Source of the DNA: an uncultured bacterium
Lineage (GTDB): Bacteria > Verrucomicrobiota > Kiritimatiellia > PWTM01
Direction of reading: 5' to 3'
DNA: 64,000 bases
NCBI GenBank assembly: GCA_963744655.1
Contig: CAVUUJ010000001.1
Coordinates: 527,835-591,834 of the forward strand
Below, piece by piece: positions 18,694-28,237 of this stretch (position 1 is the stretch's first letter; every line of letters begins with the position of its first letter). The notes beneath the pieces are model-generated. The model worked only from the letters and a program-made list of their open reading frames with translations, had not been told where the DNA came from and made no database searches. The translations under genes were made by a program, and so were the position numbers.

Positions 18694-19359
18694 ATGGCGA
18701 ACATCGCTAAAGTACTGAAGGAAGAGATATCCCGTATCGCGCGCAAGCAGGCCAAGGCCGACATCACCGCGCTGCGGCGCGATGCGATCGCCGCGCGCAG
18801 GGCCATCTCCGGGCTCCGCAAGCAACTGGCGGCGCTCGAGAAGGCGCAGAAGACCCTCGCGGCACACGTTCCGGCCCCGGCCGTGCCGGCCCCGTCGGAA
18901 GGCGGGGAGAGCGCCAGGAAGTGGGTCTCCGCCCGCGGGGTGCGCTCCCTGCGCGCCAAGCTCCGTCTCACGCAGGCGGAGTTCGCTCAACTCGCGGGCG
19001 TAACCTCCCAGGCGGTCAACCTCTGGGAGCACAAGAAGGGCAAGTTGCGGCTTCGCCGCACGACGCTCGCCGCCCTGGATGCCGTGCGCGGCATGGGCGT
19101 CAAGGCCGCCCGCGCCAGGCTCGCGGGCGACACGGCCGCCCCCGGGAAGCCGGTGAAGCGGGCCGCCGCCAAGCGAAAGACCGCCGCGAAGAAGAGCGCC
19201 TCAAGGAAGACTGCCGCCAAGAAGTCCGCGCCTCGCAAGGCCGCTGCCAAGAAGACCGCGCCTCGCAAGGCCCGCGGAAAGAAGGCTGCCGCCAAGAAGG
19301 CTGCGCCTCGTAAGGCCCGCGGGAAGAAGGCCCCCACGGCGGCGACGCCGAAGCAGTAG
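18694..19359 (+). CDS. XRE-type HTH DNA-binding protein with N-terminal coiled coil and histone-H1/AlgP-like Lys/Ala/Pro-rich tail
   Basis: ATG 18694 (MANIAKVLKEEI) is preceded by GGAGAGGA. HTH is LRLTQAEFAQLAGVTSQAVNLWEHKKG. The tail is KRAAAKRKTAAKKSASRKTAAKKSAPRKAAAKKTAPRKARGKKAAAKKAAPRKARGKK. Confidence 0.8.
   Translation: MANIAKVLKEEISRIARKQAKADITALRRDAIAARRAISGLRKQLAALEKAQKTLAAHVPAPAVPAPSEGGESARKWVSARGVRSLRAKLRLTQAEFAQLAGVTSQAVNLWEHKKGKLRLRRTTLAALDAVRGMGVKAARARLAGDTAAPGKPVKRAAAKRKTAAKKSASRKTAAKKSAPRKAAAKKTAPRKARGKKAAAKKAAPRKARGKKAPTAATPKQ
19144..19356 (+). repeat. Coding low-complexity repeat (AAKK-x-APRKA units) forming the basic tail
   Basis: Reiterated gccgccaagaag...gcgcctcgcaaggcc units are visible in the DNA between about 19180 and 19330. 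Confidence 0.8.
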
Positions 19360-19379
19360 CTCCACGCGGCGGGCGGGAG

Positions 19380-20321
19380 TCAGCGCCAGGCGGACTCCAC
19401 GCGCCGGGCCAACACGGTTGCGCCGGGATCGCCCGGCCGGCCGGCCCGAAGCGCCCGGCTCACCGCGGCCGGATCGAAGGGGCGTCCGGGCAGTCCGTCA
19501 AGGGGTTCGCCGGCGAGCAGGGCGGTCCGGATGACGCCGTGCTCCACCGCGACGGAGAACGCGGGGGCCGACTCGGCGGCGGGCCAGTGCGCGGTGAAGG
19601 CCGGCCCGCTGCCGTGGACCCGCTCCCAGGCTTGAACGTCCGGGCGCCGCGCGGTCCACGGCTCGTCGAGGCACGCCGCCGCGCCGACGGTGCGCTCCAC
19701 CGGCCCGTAGCGCGCGGCGAGCGACGACAAGACGGCCTCGCGCACGGTCGCGAGGTCCAGGCCCGGCCGCCAGTCGCCCAGGTTCCCGACCGGCGCCGGC
19801 TCGGACGCGACGGCGGTCGTGGTGATGCGGACGGACGGGCGTTCCGTCCGTTCGCGCAGCCGGTCCAGGTCGGAAGCAACGAGCAACGTGCCGTGGTGCA
19901 GGACCCCGGCTCCGCGGAACGCGAAGGCGTTGCCCGAGCACTTGCGCCCCCGCACGCCCAGCGACGTCCGCCCCATGCGTTCCGCCGCGAGCCCGAGGCG
20001 GGCCAGGGCGGACACCACGGCCGCGAAGACCTCCTCGCCCCGGTACGCCGCGCGCGGCAGCATGAGGCTGTAGTTGAGGTTGCCGGGGTCGTGGCTGACC
20101 GCGCCGCCGCCGCTGATGCGGCGGGCGAGCGCGACGCCCTCCCCGGCCAGGCGCGTCGGCCGGCACTCGCGCCAGGCGCACTGGTTCCTGCCGATCACGA
20201 CCGCGGCGCGGTTGCGGCAGAAGAAGAGCACCGGGCGGCGCCCGGCCACGGACGCGAAGAGCGACTCCTCCGTCGCCAGGTTCCCGAACACGTCATCCGA
20301 CTGGCTGTCCACCACCCACAC
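19380..20321 (-). CDS. lplA: Lipoate-protein ligase A-like (BPL/LplA/LipB family)
   Basis: 313 aa with a GTG start preceded by GGGGAGGGG. Motifs RRISGGGAVSHDPGNLNYS and GRKCSGNAF..HHGTLL. Confidence 0.8.
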   Translation of the reverse strand: MWVVDSQSDDVFGNLATEESLFASVAGRRPVLFFCRNRAAVVIGRNQCAWRECRPTRLAGEGVALARRISGGGAVSHDPGNLNYSLMLPRAAYRGEEVFAAVVSALARLGLAAERMGRTSLGVRGRKCSGNAFAFRGAGVLHHGTLLVASDLDRLRERTERPSVRITTTAVASEPAPVGNLGDWRPGLDLATVREAVLSSLAARYGPVERTVGAAACLDEPWTARRPDVQAWERVHGSGPAFTAHWPAAESAPAFSVAVEHGVIRTALLAGEPLDGLPGRPFDPAAVSRALRAGRPGDPGATVLARRVESAWR

Positions 20322-20410
20322 GCCCGGCCCCTCCCCGGCGGCGCCGAAACCGCCTTGCTTTCGTGGAGGATAGGCGGATGCTGGGCGCAGGGGAAGAAGG
20401 GAGGCGACTC

Positions 20411-21634
20411 ATGCACGCCGTGAGCGAGGCGTTCATCCGCGCGGTGCCCAAGACGGACCTGCACCTGCACCTGGACGGCTCCATGCGGATTCCCACCCTC
20501 ATCGAGTTGGCGCGGGCGCAGGGCGTGGCGCTGCCCTCGGAGACGGAGGAGGGCCTTCGCGAGCTGGTGTTCAAGCCCGCTTACCGGGACCTGCCGGACT
20601 ACCTCCGCGGTTTCGCCTACACCTGCGCCGTGCTCCGCCGCGCGGAAGCCATCGAGCGCACGGCCTTCGAACTGGCGGAGGACAACATCGCGGAGGGGGT
20701 GCGCTACGCCGAGGTCCGCTTCGCCCCGCAGCTGCACCTGGACGACGAACTGGGCGCGGAAGCGGTGCTGGGCGCCGTCCACGACGGGCTTGCCCGGGCG
20801 GCCCGCCGCCACAACACGGGCGATGCCGTGCGATCGGGCGGCGACCTGCCCTTCCACTACGGCCTGATCGTTTGCGCCATGCGCTCTTTCCGCAAGGGGA
20901 TGAGCCCGTACTTCGACCGGCTGCTGGACGCGATGCGGTTCGCTTCGCGCAAGGAAGTGTTCGCCGCGGCCTCCCTGGAGGCGGCGCGGCTCGCCGTGTA
21001 CCTGCGCGACCGGGACGGCCTGCCGATCGTCGGGTTCGACCTGGCGGGCGAGGAATCGGGTTACCCCGCGGGGGACCACCGCGAGGCCTACGCCTTCGCG
21101 CACGAGCACTTCCTGAGGAAGACGGTGCACGCGGGGGAGGCGTACGGGCCGGAGTCCATCTTCCAGGCACTCACCGACTGTCATGCCAACCGCATCGGCC
21201 ACGGCACGTTCCTCTTCGCCCCCGACCGGATTCGCGACCGGCGGATCGCGGACCCGGCGGCCTACGTCCAGCGGCTGGCAGACTACGTCGCCAGCCAGCG
21301 CATCACCGTGGAGGTCTGCCTGACCAGCAACCTGCAGACCGTGCCCTCGATGGGCGGGGCCGCGCACCACCCCCTCCGGCGCATGGTCGAGACGGGCCTG
21401 TCGGTGAGCATCTGCACGGACAATCGGCTGGTGTCCGACACGACGGTCACCCGCGAGCTGTGCCGCGTGGCGGAGGCGCTGCCCATCACGCGGCACCAGT
21501 TCCGCAACCTGGTCGTCGCGGGGTTCAAGGGTAGTTTCTTCCCGGGCCCGTATGCCGAGAAGCGGGCCTTCGTCCGGCGCGTGATCGACCGCTACGAGGA
21601 ACTCGAGCGCCGGCTGCTGCCGCCGGCGGGCTAG
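20411..21634 (+). CDS. add: Adenosine deaminase family protein
   Basis: ATG 20411 (MHAVSEAF) has GGGAGG 7 nt upstream. Metal-binding motifs are DLHLHLDGS, VHAGE and TDN(R)L. Confidence 0.85.
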   Translation: MHAVSEAFIRAVPKTDLHLHLDGSMRIPTLIELARAQGVALPSETEEGLRELVFKPAYRDLPDYLRGFAYTCAVLRRAEAIERTAFELAEDNIAEGVRYAEVRFAPQLHLDDELGAEAVLGAVHDGLARAARRHNTGDAVRSGGDLPFHYGLIVCAMRSFRKGMSPYFDRLLDAMRFASRKEVFAAASLEAARLAVYLRDRDGLPIVGFDLAGEESGYPAGDHREAYAFAHEHFLRKTVHAGEAYGPESIFQALTDCHANRIGHGTFLFAPDRIRDRRIADPAAYVQRLADYVASQRITVEVCLTSNLQTVPSMGGAAHHPLRRMVETGLSVSICTDNRLVSDTTVTRELCRVAEALPITRHQFRNLVVAGFKGSFFPGPYAEKRAFVRRVIDRYEELERRLLPPAG

Positions 21635-21677
21635 GCGCTTGCCCGGAGGCGCGCTTCGGCGCAGAATGGAGGCGGCG

Positions 21678-21992
21678 ATGAGCTACTGGAACGTCATCTA
21701 CCGCACCGCTTGGCTGGCGCTGGCCATCATGACACTGATCGGCGTCCTGTGCCTGTTCCTGCCCCGGTGGCGGGAGTACCACGAGTACCAGCGCCGGCGG
21801 GCCGAGCTGGCCGACCAGGTGCGGCTCGAGGAGGAGATGCTCCGCGTGCTGCGCACCCGGCAGGAGCGCTTCCGGCAGGATCCGCGCTTCGTCGAGCAGA
21901 TGGCCCACGACCTCGGCATGGCCCGTCCCGGCGAGACGCTCTTCAAGTTCCGCAACGACCCGCCGGGCGGCCTCGTGACCACCAACCGGTAG
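21678..21992 (+). CDS. ftsB: Septum formation initiator FtsB/DivIC-like protein
   Basis: Short bitopic protein with TM WLALAIMTLIGVLCLFL followed by a coiled coil and FVEQMAHDLGMARPGE. ATG 21678 is preferred (GGAGG 5 nt upstream). Alternative starts lie at 21666 and 21639. Confidence 0.7.
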   Translation: MSYWNVIYRTAWLALAIMTLIGVLCLFLPRWREYHEYQRRRAELADQVRLEEEMLRVLRTRQERFRQDPRFVEQMAHDLGMARPGETLFKFRNDPPGGLVTTNR

Positions 21993-22007
21993 GCGCCGCC
22001 GCGGGCC

Positions 22008-23129
22008 TCAGTTCGCCCGCCGGATCAGCACGAAGCCCAGCGCCTCCGCGGCGATGACCGGCACCCACACGATCAGGTCGGGGTGCAGGGCGGGCCGGGA
22101 GGACAGGGACTTGGCCATGATCATGAAGAAGTAGAACACGAAGACGATGCCCAGGCTGATAGCCACGCCGACCGACGACTCGCGCCGCCGCGAGCGGATG
22201 CCCAGCGGAATGCCCAGCAGCGTGAACGCGAAGCAGGAGGTCGAGAGCGCCATCCGGTTGCTGGCCTCCACGAGCATCGCCATCTTCTGCTTCTGCAGGT
22301 CCGCGTCCGACAGCAGCGGGTAGTGACGCCGCACGTTGCGTATCGCCTCGGTCAGCTCCGGGAACGTGAAGTCCGAGGTCTTCTTCCTCACCGTGCCCTT
22401 CTTCATCACCGCCGCGATGTCGATACGCCGCGGGTACCGGGCGGCCGTCATGCTCCGCACCTTCGAGAGGTTCATCGGGTCCGACTCGTCGTGCTGCTCG
22501 ATGCGCACGTCGACCAGGTCGATCACGGCCGCGCCGGCCTCCCGGTCGCGGTGGACGGTGCCCGAGCGCGCGCGGATGTTGCTCTTCAGGCCGCGCGGCC
22601 CCATCTCGTAGATGATGATGTCCTCGAGCTGCGAGCCGTTCCGCCGCCCGACGTAGATCATCAGGCCCGGGAAGTCCCGGACGAAGCGCCCCTCCTCCAG
22701 CAGCGCCAGCGGGTCCTCGTCGCCGAAGCGGACCAGGGCGTGCCGCTGGGCGAGGCGGCTGCGGGGCGACACCGTGTTGCTGAAGAACATCGCCACGAAG
22801 GAGAGGGCGATCGAAAGCATGACCACGGGCGAGATGATCTGCCACAGACTCAGGCCGCAGGCCTTCATCGCCGTGATCTCGCCGTCGATGGACAGCCGGT
22901 GAACAGCAGCAGCACCGTCGTCAGCGCGCTCATGGGTACGGTGAACTGCAGGACGAACGGGATGTTCAGCAGGAAGACCCGGGCGATCGCGACCGCGGAC
23001 ACGCCGCGCGACATCAGGTCGATGGCCCTGACGATCGAGCCCGACGCACATCACGAACGTGAAGATGGCCACGGTCAGCGCGAACGTGACCACGTAGTCC
23101 CGCGCGAGGTATCTGCTGAGGATGCGCAC
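22008..23129 (-). CDS. LptF/LptG-family (YjgP/YjgQ) LPS export permease; contains a compensating indel pair as assembled
   Basis: GTG 23129 (V/M RILSRYLARDYVVTFALTV) follows the folD stop. The C-terminal 300 aa are typical of the family. Codons between about 23040 and 22898 read as Arg/Pro-rich out-of-frame sequence. The adjacent frame gives GSIVRAIDLMSRGVSAVAIARVFLLNIPFVLQFTVPMSALTTVLLLFT. Confidence 0.8.
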   Translation of the reverse strand: MRILSRYLARDYVVTFALTVAIFTFVMCVGLDRQGHRPDVARRVRGRDRPGLPAEHPVRPAVHRTHERADDGAAAVHRLSIDGEITAMKACGLSLWQIISPVVMLSIALSFVAMFFSNTVSPRSRLAQRHALVRFGDEDPLALLEEGRFVRDFPGLMIYVGRRNGSQLEDIIIYEMGPRGLKSNIRARSGTVHRDREAGAAVIDLVDVRIEQHDESDPMNLSKVRSMTAARYPRRIDIAAVMKKGTVRKKTSDFTFPELTEAIRNVRRHYPLLSDADLQKQKMAMLVEASNRMALSTSCFAFTLLGIPLGIRSRRRESSVGVAISLGIVFVFYFFMIMAKSLSSRPALHPDLIVWVPVIAAEALGFVLIRRAN

Positions 23130-23140
23130 GAAGAACCGTT

Positions 23141-24037
23141 TCAGCCCGCCGCGCCCGCCCGCGCGGCCCGCTCGGCGGCTTCCACCGTGTTGGAAAGCAG
23201 CATCGTGATGGTCATCGGCCCCACCCCGCCGGGCACCGGCGTGATGGCCGCGGCCTTCGCCGCCACGCCCTCGAAGTCCACGTCGCCGACCAGCCGGTAG
23301 CCGCGCGGCCGGGACGCGTCGGGGACGCGGTTGACGCCGACGTCGATCACCACCGCCCCCTCGCGCACCATGTCCGCGGTGATCGTGTCCGGTCGCCCGG
23401 CCGCCGCCACCACGATGTCGGCCATCCGCGTGTGCACCGCGAGGTCCTTCGTCCGCGTGTGGCACATCGTGACGGTCGCGTTGCCGAGGGCGCTCTTCTG
23501 CGAGAGGAGGTTGGCCAGGGGCCGCCCCACGATGTGGCTCCGGCCGACCACGACCACGTGGGCGCCGGACACCTCGATGCCCGAGCGGCGCAGCATCTGC
23601 AGGATGCCGTGCGGCGTGCATGGCAGGTAGGCCGGCATCCCCAGCATCATCCGGCCGACGTTGACGGGGTGGAAGCCGTCGACGTCCTTGGCGGGGAGGA
23701 TCGACTCGATGACCTCCCGCTCGATCGAGGTGTCGGGCAGCGGGAGCTGCACGAGGATCCCGTGAAGGGCGCGGTCCGCGTTGAAGCGCCGCACGACCTC
23801 GAGAACGGCGTCGCGGCCCGCGTCCGCGGGCAGGTGCGTCTCCTCCGAGTGGAGCCCGACCTGCGCGCAGGCCTTCTCCTTCGCGGAGACGTAGGAACGC
23901 GAAGCGGGATCGTCCCCGCAGAGCAGGACGCCGAGACCGGGGACGATGCCCGACGGGCGCAGGCGCTCGACGCGCTCCTTGAGTTCCGCGCGGATCGCCT
24001 CCGAGATGGGCTTGCCTTCGAGTCTCCGTGCCGTCAT
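23141..24037 (-). CDS. folD: Bifunctional methylenetetrahydrofolate dehydrogenase/cyclohydrolase
   Basis: 298 aa. Motifs SRSYVSAKEKAC, ILVQLPLP, DVDGFHP, VVVVGRSHIVGRP and PVPGGVGPMT. Confidence 0.95.
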   Translation of the reverse strand: MTARRLEGKPISEAIRAELKERVERLRPSGIVPGLGVLLCGDDPASRSYVSAKEKACAQVGLHSEETHLPADAGRDAVLEVVRRFNADRALHGILVQLPLPDTSIEREVIESILPAKDVDGFHPVNVGRMMLGMPAYLPCTPHGILQMLRRSGIEVSGAHVVVVGRSHIVGRPLANLLSQKSALGNATVTMCHTRTKDLAVHTRMADIVVAAAGRPDTITADMVREGAVVIDVGVNRVPDASRPRGYRLVGDVDFEGVAAKAAAITPVPGGVGPMTITMLLSNTVEAAERAARAGAAG

Positions 24038-24086
24038 CGCCTGTGCCTCCCCTTCGCCCGCGCGGCGGCGGGCGGCTGCGATCCTA

Positions 24087-24599
24087 CTACACCGGCTTGA
24101 GCGTTCCCAGCTCCCGCGGCGTCCTGTGCTGCCAGTGGCATACGGCCAGGGCCAGCGCGTCGGCCGCGTCCTCCGGCGGGGTCTCCTTCATGCCCAGCAG
24201 GGCGACCACCATCTTCGCGACCTGCGCCTTGCCCGCGCGGCCCCATCCCGACACCGCCTGCTTCACCGCGCTGGGCGCGTACTCGTAGGCCGGCAGGCCG
24301 GCCCGCGCGCACGCCGTCAGCACCGCGCCGCGCGCCTCGCCGAGCGCGAGCGCGCTCCGCGCGTTCCGGCAGAAGAACACGCCCTCCAGCGCCGCCGCCT
24401 CCGGCGCGTACCGCGCGACCCACTCGCCCACCTCGTCGTGCAGGCGGCGCAGGCACCGGCTGTGCGGCCAGGCGGCGGGGTTGCGCACCGTGCCGAACGC
24501 CACCGCCGCGAGCCCCGTGCCCGTCGACTCGACCACGCCCAGCCCCGTGCAGCGCAGCGCGGTGTCCACCCCGAGAATGCGTATGGCCGGGCGGGCCAC
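24087..24599 (-). CDS. ruvC: Crossover junction endodeoxyribonuclease RuvC
   Basis: GTG 24599 (VARPAIRILGVDTALRCTGLG) lies 8 nt after the yebC stop. Catalytic blocks are ILGVD, ALEGVFF and DAADALALAVCH. 170 aa. Confidence 0.85.
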   Translation of the reverse strand: MARPAIRILGVDTALRCTGLGVVESTGTGLAAVAFGTVRNPAAWPHSRCLRRLHDEVGEWVARYAPEAAALEGVFFCRNARSALALGEARGAVLTACARAGLPAYEYAPSAVKQAVSGWGRAGKAQVAKMVVALLGMKETPPEDAADALALAVCHWQHRTPRELGTLKPV

Positions 24600-24606
24600 C
24601 GGGCGC

Positions 24607-25369
24607 CTACTCCCCGCCCAGCTCGTCCAGGATCGACGGGTCGATGTCCGCGTTGGTGTGCACGTGCTGCACGTCGTCGAGGTCTTCCAGCGCCTCGACG
24701 AAGCGCAACAGCGCCGCGGCCTGGCTCCGCTCGGTGACTGCCATGTACGTGTCCGGCAGCAGGGTGACCTCGGATTCGCCCGCCTCGATCCCCGCCTGCT
24801 GCAGCGCGTCGAGGACGCCGTGGCGAAAGCCGACGGCTCGGTGGTGACGACGAAGCGGTCGCTCTCCTGCGCCAGGTCGTCGGCGCCGGCCTCCAGCGCC
24901 AGCTCCATCAGCCGGTCTTCGTCGACCGCGGCCGCGGGCACGGTGATCTGTCCCTTGCGCTTGAAGCTGCGGATGACGCTGCCCTGCGCGCGCCAGGCTG
25001 GCGCCGTGGCGGCTGAACACGTGGCGCACTTCGGCCGCCGGTCCGGTTGCGGTTGTCCGTCAGGCACCTCGACGATGACCGCCACGCCGCCGGGGGCGAA
25101 CCCCTCGAACATGATCTCCTCGAGCGCTCGCGCCGCCAGCTCGCCCGTGCCCTTCTTGATGGCGCGGTCGATGTTGTCGGCCGGCATGTTGCACGGCGCG
25201 CGCCTTCTGGATCAGGGTGCGCAGGGTGATGTTGGCGGTCGGGTCGCCGCCGCCCTAGCGGGCCGCGAGCATGATCTCGCGGGCGAGCTTGCTGAAGACC
25301 TTGCCGCGCTTGGCGTCCGCCGGCCGCCTTCTTGTGCTTGATGGTGGACCATTTGCTGTGACCGCTCAT
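24607..25369 (-). pseudogene. yebC: YebC/PmpR-family transcriptional regulator, multiple frameshifts and an in-frame TAG as assembled
   Basis: MSGHSKWSTIKHKKAA starts at ATG 25369. [38 protein letters not shown] (TAG at 25255-25257), MPADNIDRAIKKGTGEL, FEGFAPGGVAVIVEV and LEDLDDVQHVHTNADIDPSILDELGGE lie in different frames. 763 nt. Confidence 0.85.
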
Positions 25370-25429
25370 AGACTTCCTTCCGCCCGTTCCGGGCCGCGGC
25401 CCCACCCGTCCGCCGCCGCGCGCTGCAGG

Positions 25430-27473
25430 CTATTCCTCGTCCTACGTGTTCGTGCTTCTGCGCCTCCGCGACGATCTTCTGCGCGACGTTCGCCGGCACC
25501 GGCTCGAGCCGCGAGAACTCCATCTCGAAGGAGCCCGCGCCCGCCCGTCATGCTGCGCAACTGCGACGAGTACTGGAACATCTCCGCCTGCGGCACTTCG
25601 GCGGTGATCACCTGCAGGCCGTCCTCGGTGTCCATGCCCAGGATGCGCCCGCGCTTGTGGTTCAGGTCGCCGGTCACGTCGCCCATGAACTGGTCGGGGA
25701 TCGTCACGGTGACCTTCATGATCGGCTCCAGCAGCACCGGCTTGGCCTTGCTCAGCCGTCGCGCAGCGCCCGCGCGCCGGCGATCTTGAAGGCGATTTCG
25801 GAGGAGTCCACGTCGTGGTAGGAGCCGTCGTAGACGCGTCACCTTGACGTTCTCCACCGGGTAGCCGGCCACGGCGCCGCGCTGCATGCCCTCGACCAGG
25901 CCCTTCTGCACCGCCGGAACGAAGTTGCCCGGGATCGCGCCGCCGACGATCGCGTTCACGAACCACTCCTCGTCCGACGCGTCCGTCGGCTCGACCCGCA
26001 GGTAGACTTCGCCGTACTGGCCGCGGCCGCCGGACTGCTTCTTGTGCTTGTAGTGCCCTTCGCCCTTCCCGGTGATGGTCTCCTTGTAGGCCACCTTCGG
26101 CGTGTGGAGATTCACCTCCACCTTGCTGCTCTGCTTCATGCTGCTCCACCGCCACCTCGAGTTGCACGTCGCCCATGCCCGACAGGATCAGCTCGTGCGT
26201 CTCGGCGTTGCGCTCGACGTGCAGGGTCGGGTCCTCGTTCGGCGGCCCGGTGCAGCCCGTGGGCGAGCTTGTCCTCGTCGCCCTGGGTCTTCGGCGTGAC
26301 CGCGTAGGCCATGACGGGATGCGGGAACGACGATCGGCCCGGCAGCGACACCGACTCGCCGGCCTTGCACAGCGTGTCGTTCAGCGCCGTCATCTTCAGC
26401 TTCGGGATCGCCACGATCGTCGCCGGGCCCGGCCTGCGTTCACCGTGTCCTGCTTCTTGCCGTTGAGCACGTAGAGGGCGCCGAGCCGCTCGCTGGTGTT
26501 CGCGGGTCGCGTTCTGCACCTCGCTGTCGGCGGACAGGGTGCCGCCGAAGACGCGGACCACGGAGAGCTGTCCGACGAAGGGATCGATGATCGAGCGCCA
26601 GACGAGGCCTGCGAACGGCGCGGAGGGCGACGTGTCCACCGCCGCGCCGCCGGCGTCCTTCACCTCGCGGTCCCGCGGCGAGGGGAACACCCGGCCGATC
26701 CCGTCCAGCAGCTCCGGCAGCCCGGCTTCCGTCCGCGACGACACGGCGAAGACGGGAACCAGCCGGCCCGCGCGCCATGGCGGTGCGCAGCCCGGCGGCG
26801 AACTCCGCCGTCGCCGAGGGTCTCGCCCCCCAGGTACTTCTCCAGCATCGCGTCGTCGGACTCCGCCGCCGCCTCGATCAGTGCGTTGCGCGCCTCCGCG
26901 ACCCGCTCGGCGAGGGGCGCGGGGGGCTCGCCGCCGAGCACCGGCACCACCGTGCCGTCGGGGCCCGGGAAGCGACATGGGGACGCAGCACGCGCCCCAC
27001 GACCCGCGCAGGGCGTCAAGCACGGCATCGAAGTCCGCGTTGTCCTTGTCCACCCCCGAGATGACCACGGCGCGGCCGATCCCCGCCGCCTCGCAGCGGC
27101 GCCAGGCCCGGTTGCTGCCGACCTGCACCCCGGCGGTCGCGTCGATCAGGATCATCCCCGCGTCGGCCACGGCGACGGCCGACACCATCTGCCCGACAAA
27201 GTCGGCATACCCCGGGGTGTCGAGCAGGACGAGACGGTACGGGGTGCCGTCGGGCGCCTCGTGGATCCCCTCGAAAGGCTTGGCCCACATCGTGATCTGG
27301 CGTTCCCGCTCTTCCTCGGTCCAGTCGGCCATGCTGGTCCCGTTCTCCGGCGTGCCCTTGCGGTCGTTCACCCCCATGCGGTGCAGCAGCGCGTCGATCA
27401 GGCTCGTCTTGCCGCTCCCCGTGTGGCCCAGCATCGCGAAGTTGCGCACGTTCTCGACCGGCACGTCTCTCAT
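25430..27473 (-). pseudogene. EF-G2-type elongation factor G paralog, many frameshifts in the distal two thirds as assembled
   Basis: ATG 27473: [41 protein letters not shown] (GTPase). Domain II-V blocks ([98 protein letters not shown]) are spread over three frames. 2044 nt. Confidence 0.85.
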
Positions 27474-27616
27474 GTCCCGTCCTCTCGCTTGACCGCCCGC
27501 GGCACGACCGGATCCCCCCTCCCGCCCGGCGCGGCCGGGGGGTGCCGAAAACGTCATCGGATACACTAATAGCGGGGGGCGCGCAACGGATTTTCGGCCG
27601 CGGCGGGGGCCGGCGG

Positions 27617-28237
27617 CTAGCCCCGCAGGACGCGGTGCCGCTCGGCGAGGACGATGGCGCGGAGCACGTCGAAGGCCTCCTCGAGCCGGTCGTTCACGAG
27701 CCGGTACCGGTACGCGCCGGCGCAGGCCATTTCCCGCCCGGCCTGGCGGACCCGGCGCTCGATGACCTCGGGCGCGTCCTTGCCGCGGCTCACGAGCCGG
27801 CGCCGGAGTTCGTCCACCGAGGGGGGCGCCACGAACACGTCCACGTACGCGAGGCGCAACGGGTCTTCCGGCGGGGCCGCGCGAAGCCCGTCGCGCACCT
27901 GCGCCGCGCCCTGCACGTCGATGTCCAGCAGCACGTCGCACCCGGCGGCGAGCGCCGCGTCGATCGGCTCGCGGGGGGTCCCGTACCCGTGGCCGTGCAC
28001 CCGCGCGTACTCCAGGAAAGCGCCCTGCCCGGCGCGGGCGCGGAACGCCTCTTCGTCGAGGAAGCGGTAGTCGATCCCGTCGCGCTCGCCCTCGCGGGGC
28101 GGACGCGTCGTGCAGGAGACCGAGTACCGCATGCCGGCAAAGGCCTCCAGCAGGCGGTCGCAGAGGGTCGTCTTGCCCGCCCCCGAGGGGGCGGACACGA
28201 CCAGCAGCAGCGGCCGCTCGTTTCGCGGCGCGTTCAT
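27617..28237 (-). CDS. gmk: Guanylate kinase
   Basis: 206 aa. Motifs [37 protein letters not shown] and [13 protein letters not shown] overlap with the yicC stop. Confidence 0.95.
   Translation of the reverse strand: MNAPRNERPLLLVVSAPSGAGKTTLCDRLLEAFAGMRYSVSCTTRPPREGERDGIDYRFLDEEAFRARAGQGAFLEYARVHGHGYGTPREPIDAALAAGCDVLLDIDVQGAAQVRDGLRAAPPEDPLRLAYVDVFVAPPSVDELRRRLVSRGKDAPEVIERRVRQAGREMACAGAYRYRLVNDRLEEAFDVLRAIVLAERHRVLRG

Noticed and set aside
9462-25257. Possible reassignment of TAG (pyrrolysine or a sense codon), given the in-frame TAGs in exbD2 and yebC
   Set aside because: TAG terminates at least eight solid genes in this window at the expected protein ends. Both in-frame TAGs lie inside indel-rich patches. 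No pyl genes or suppressor tRNA are visible. Error is the simpler explanation; the sites are kept as a low-interest finding only.
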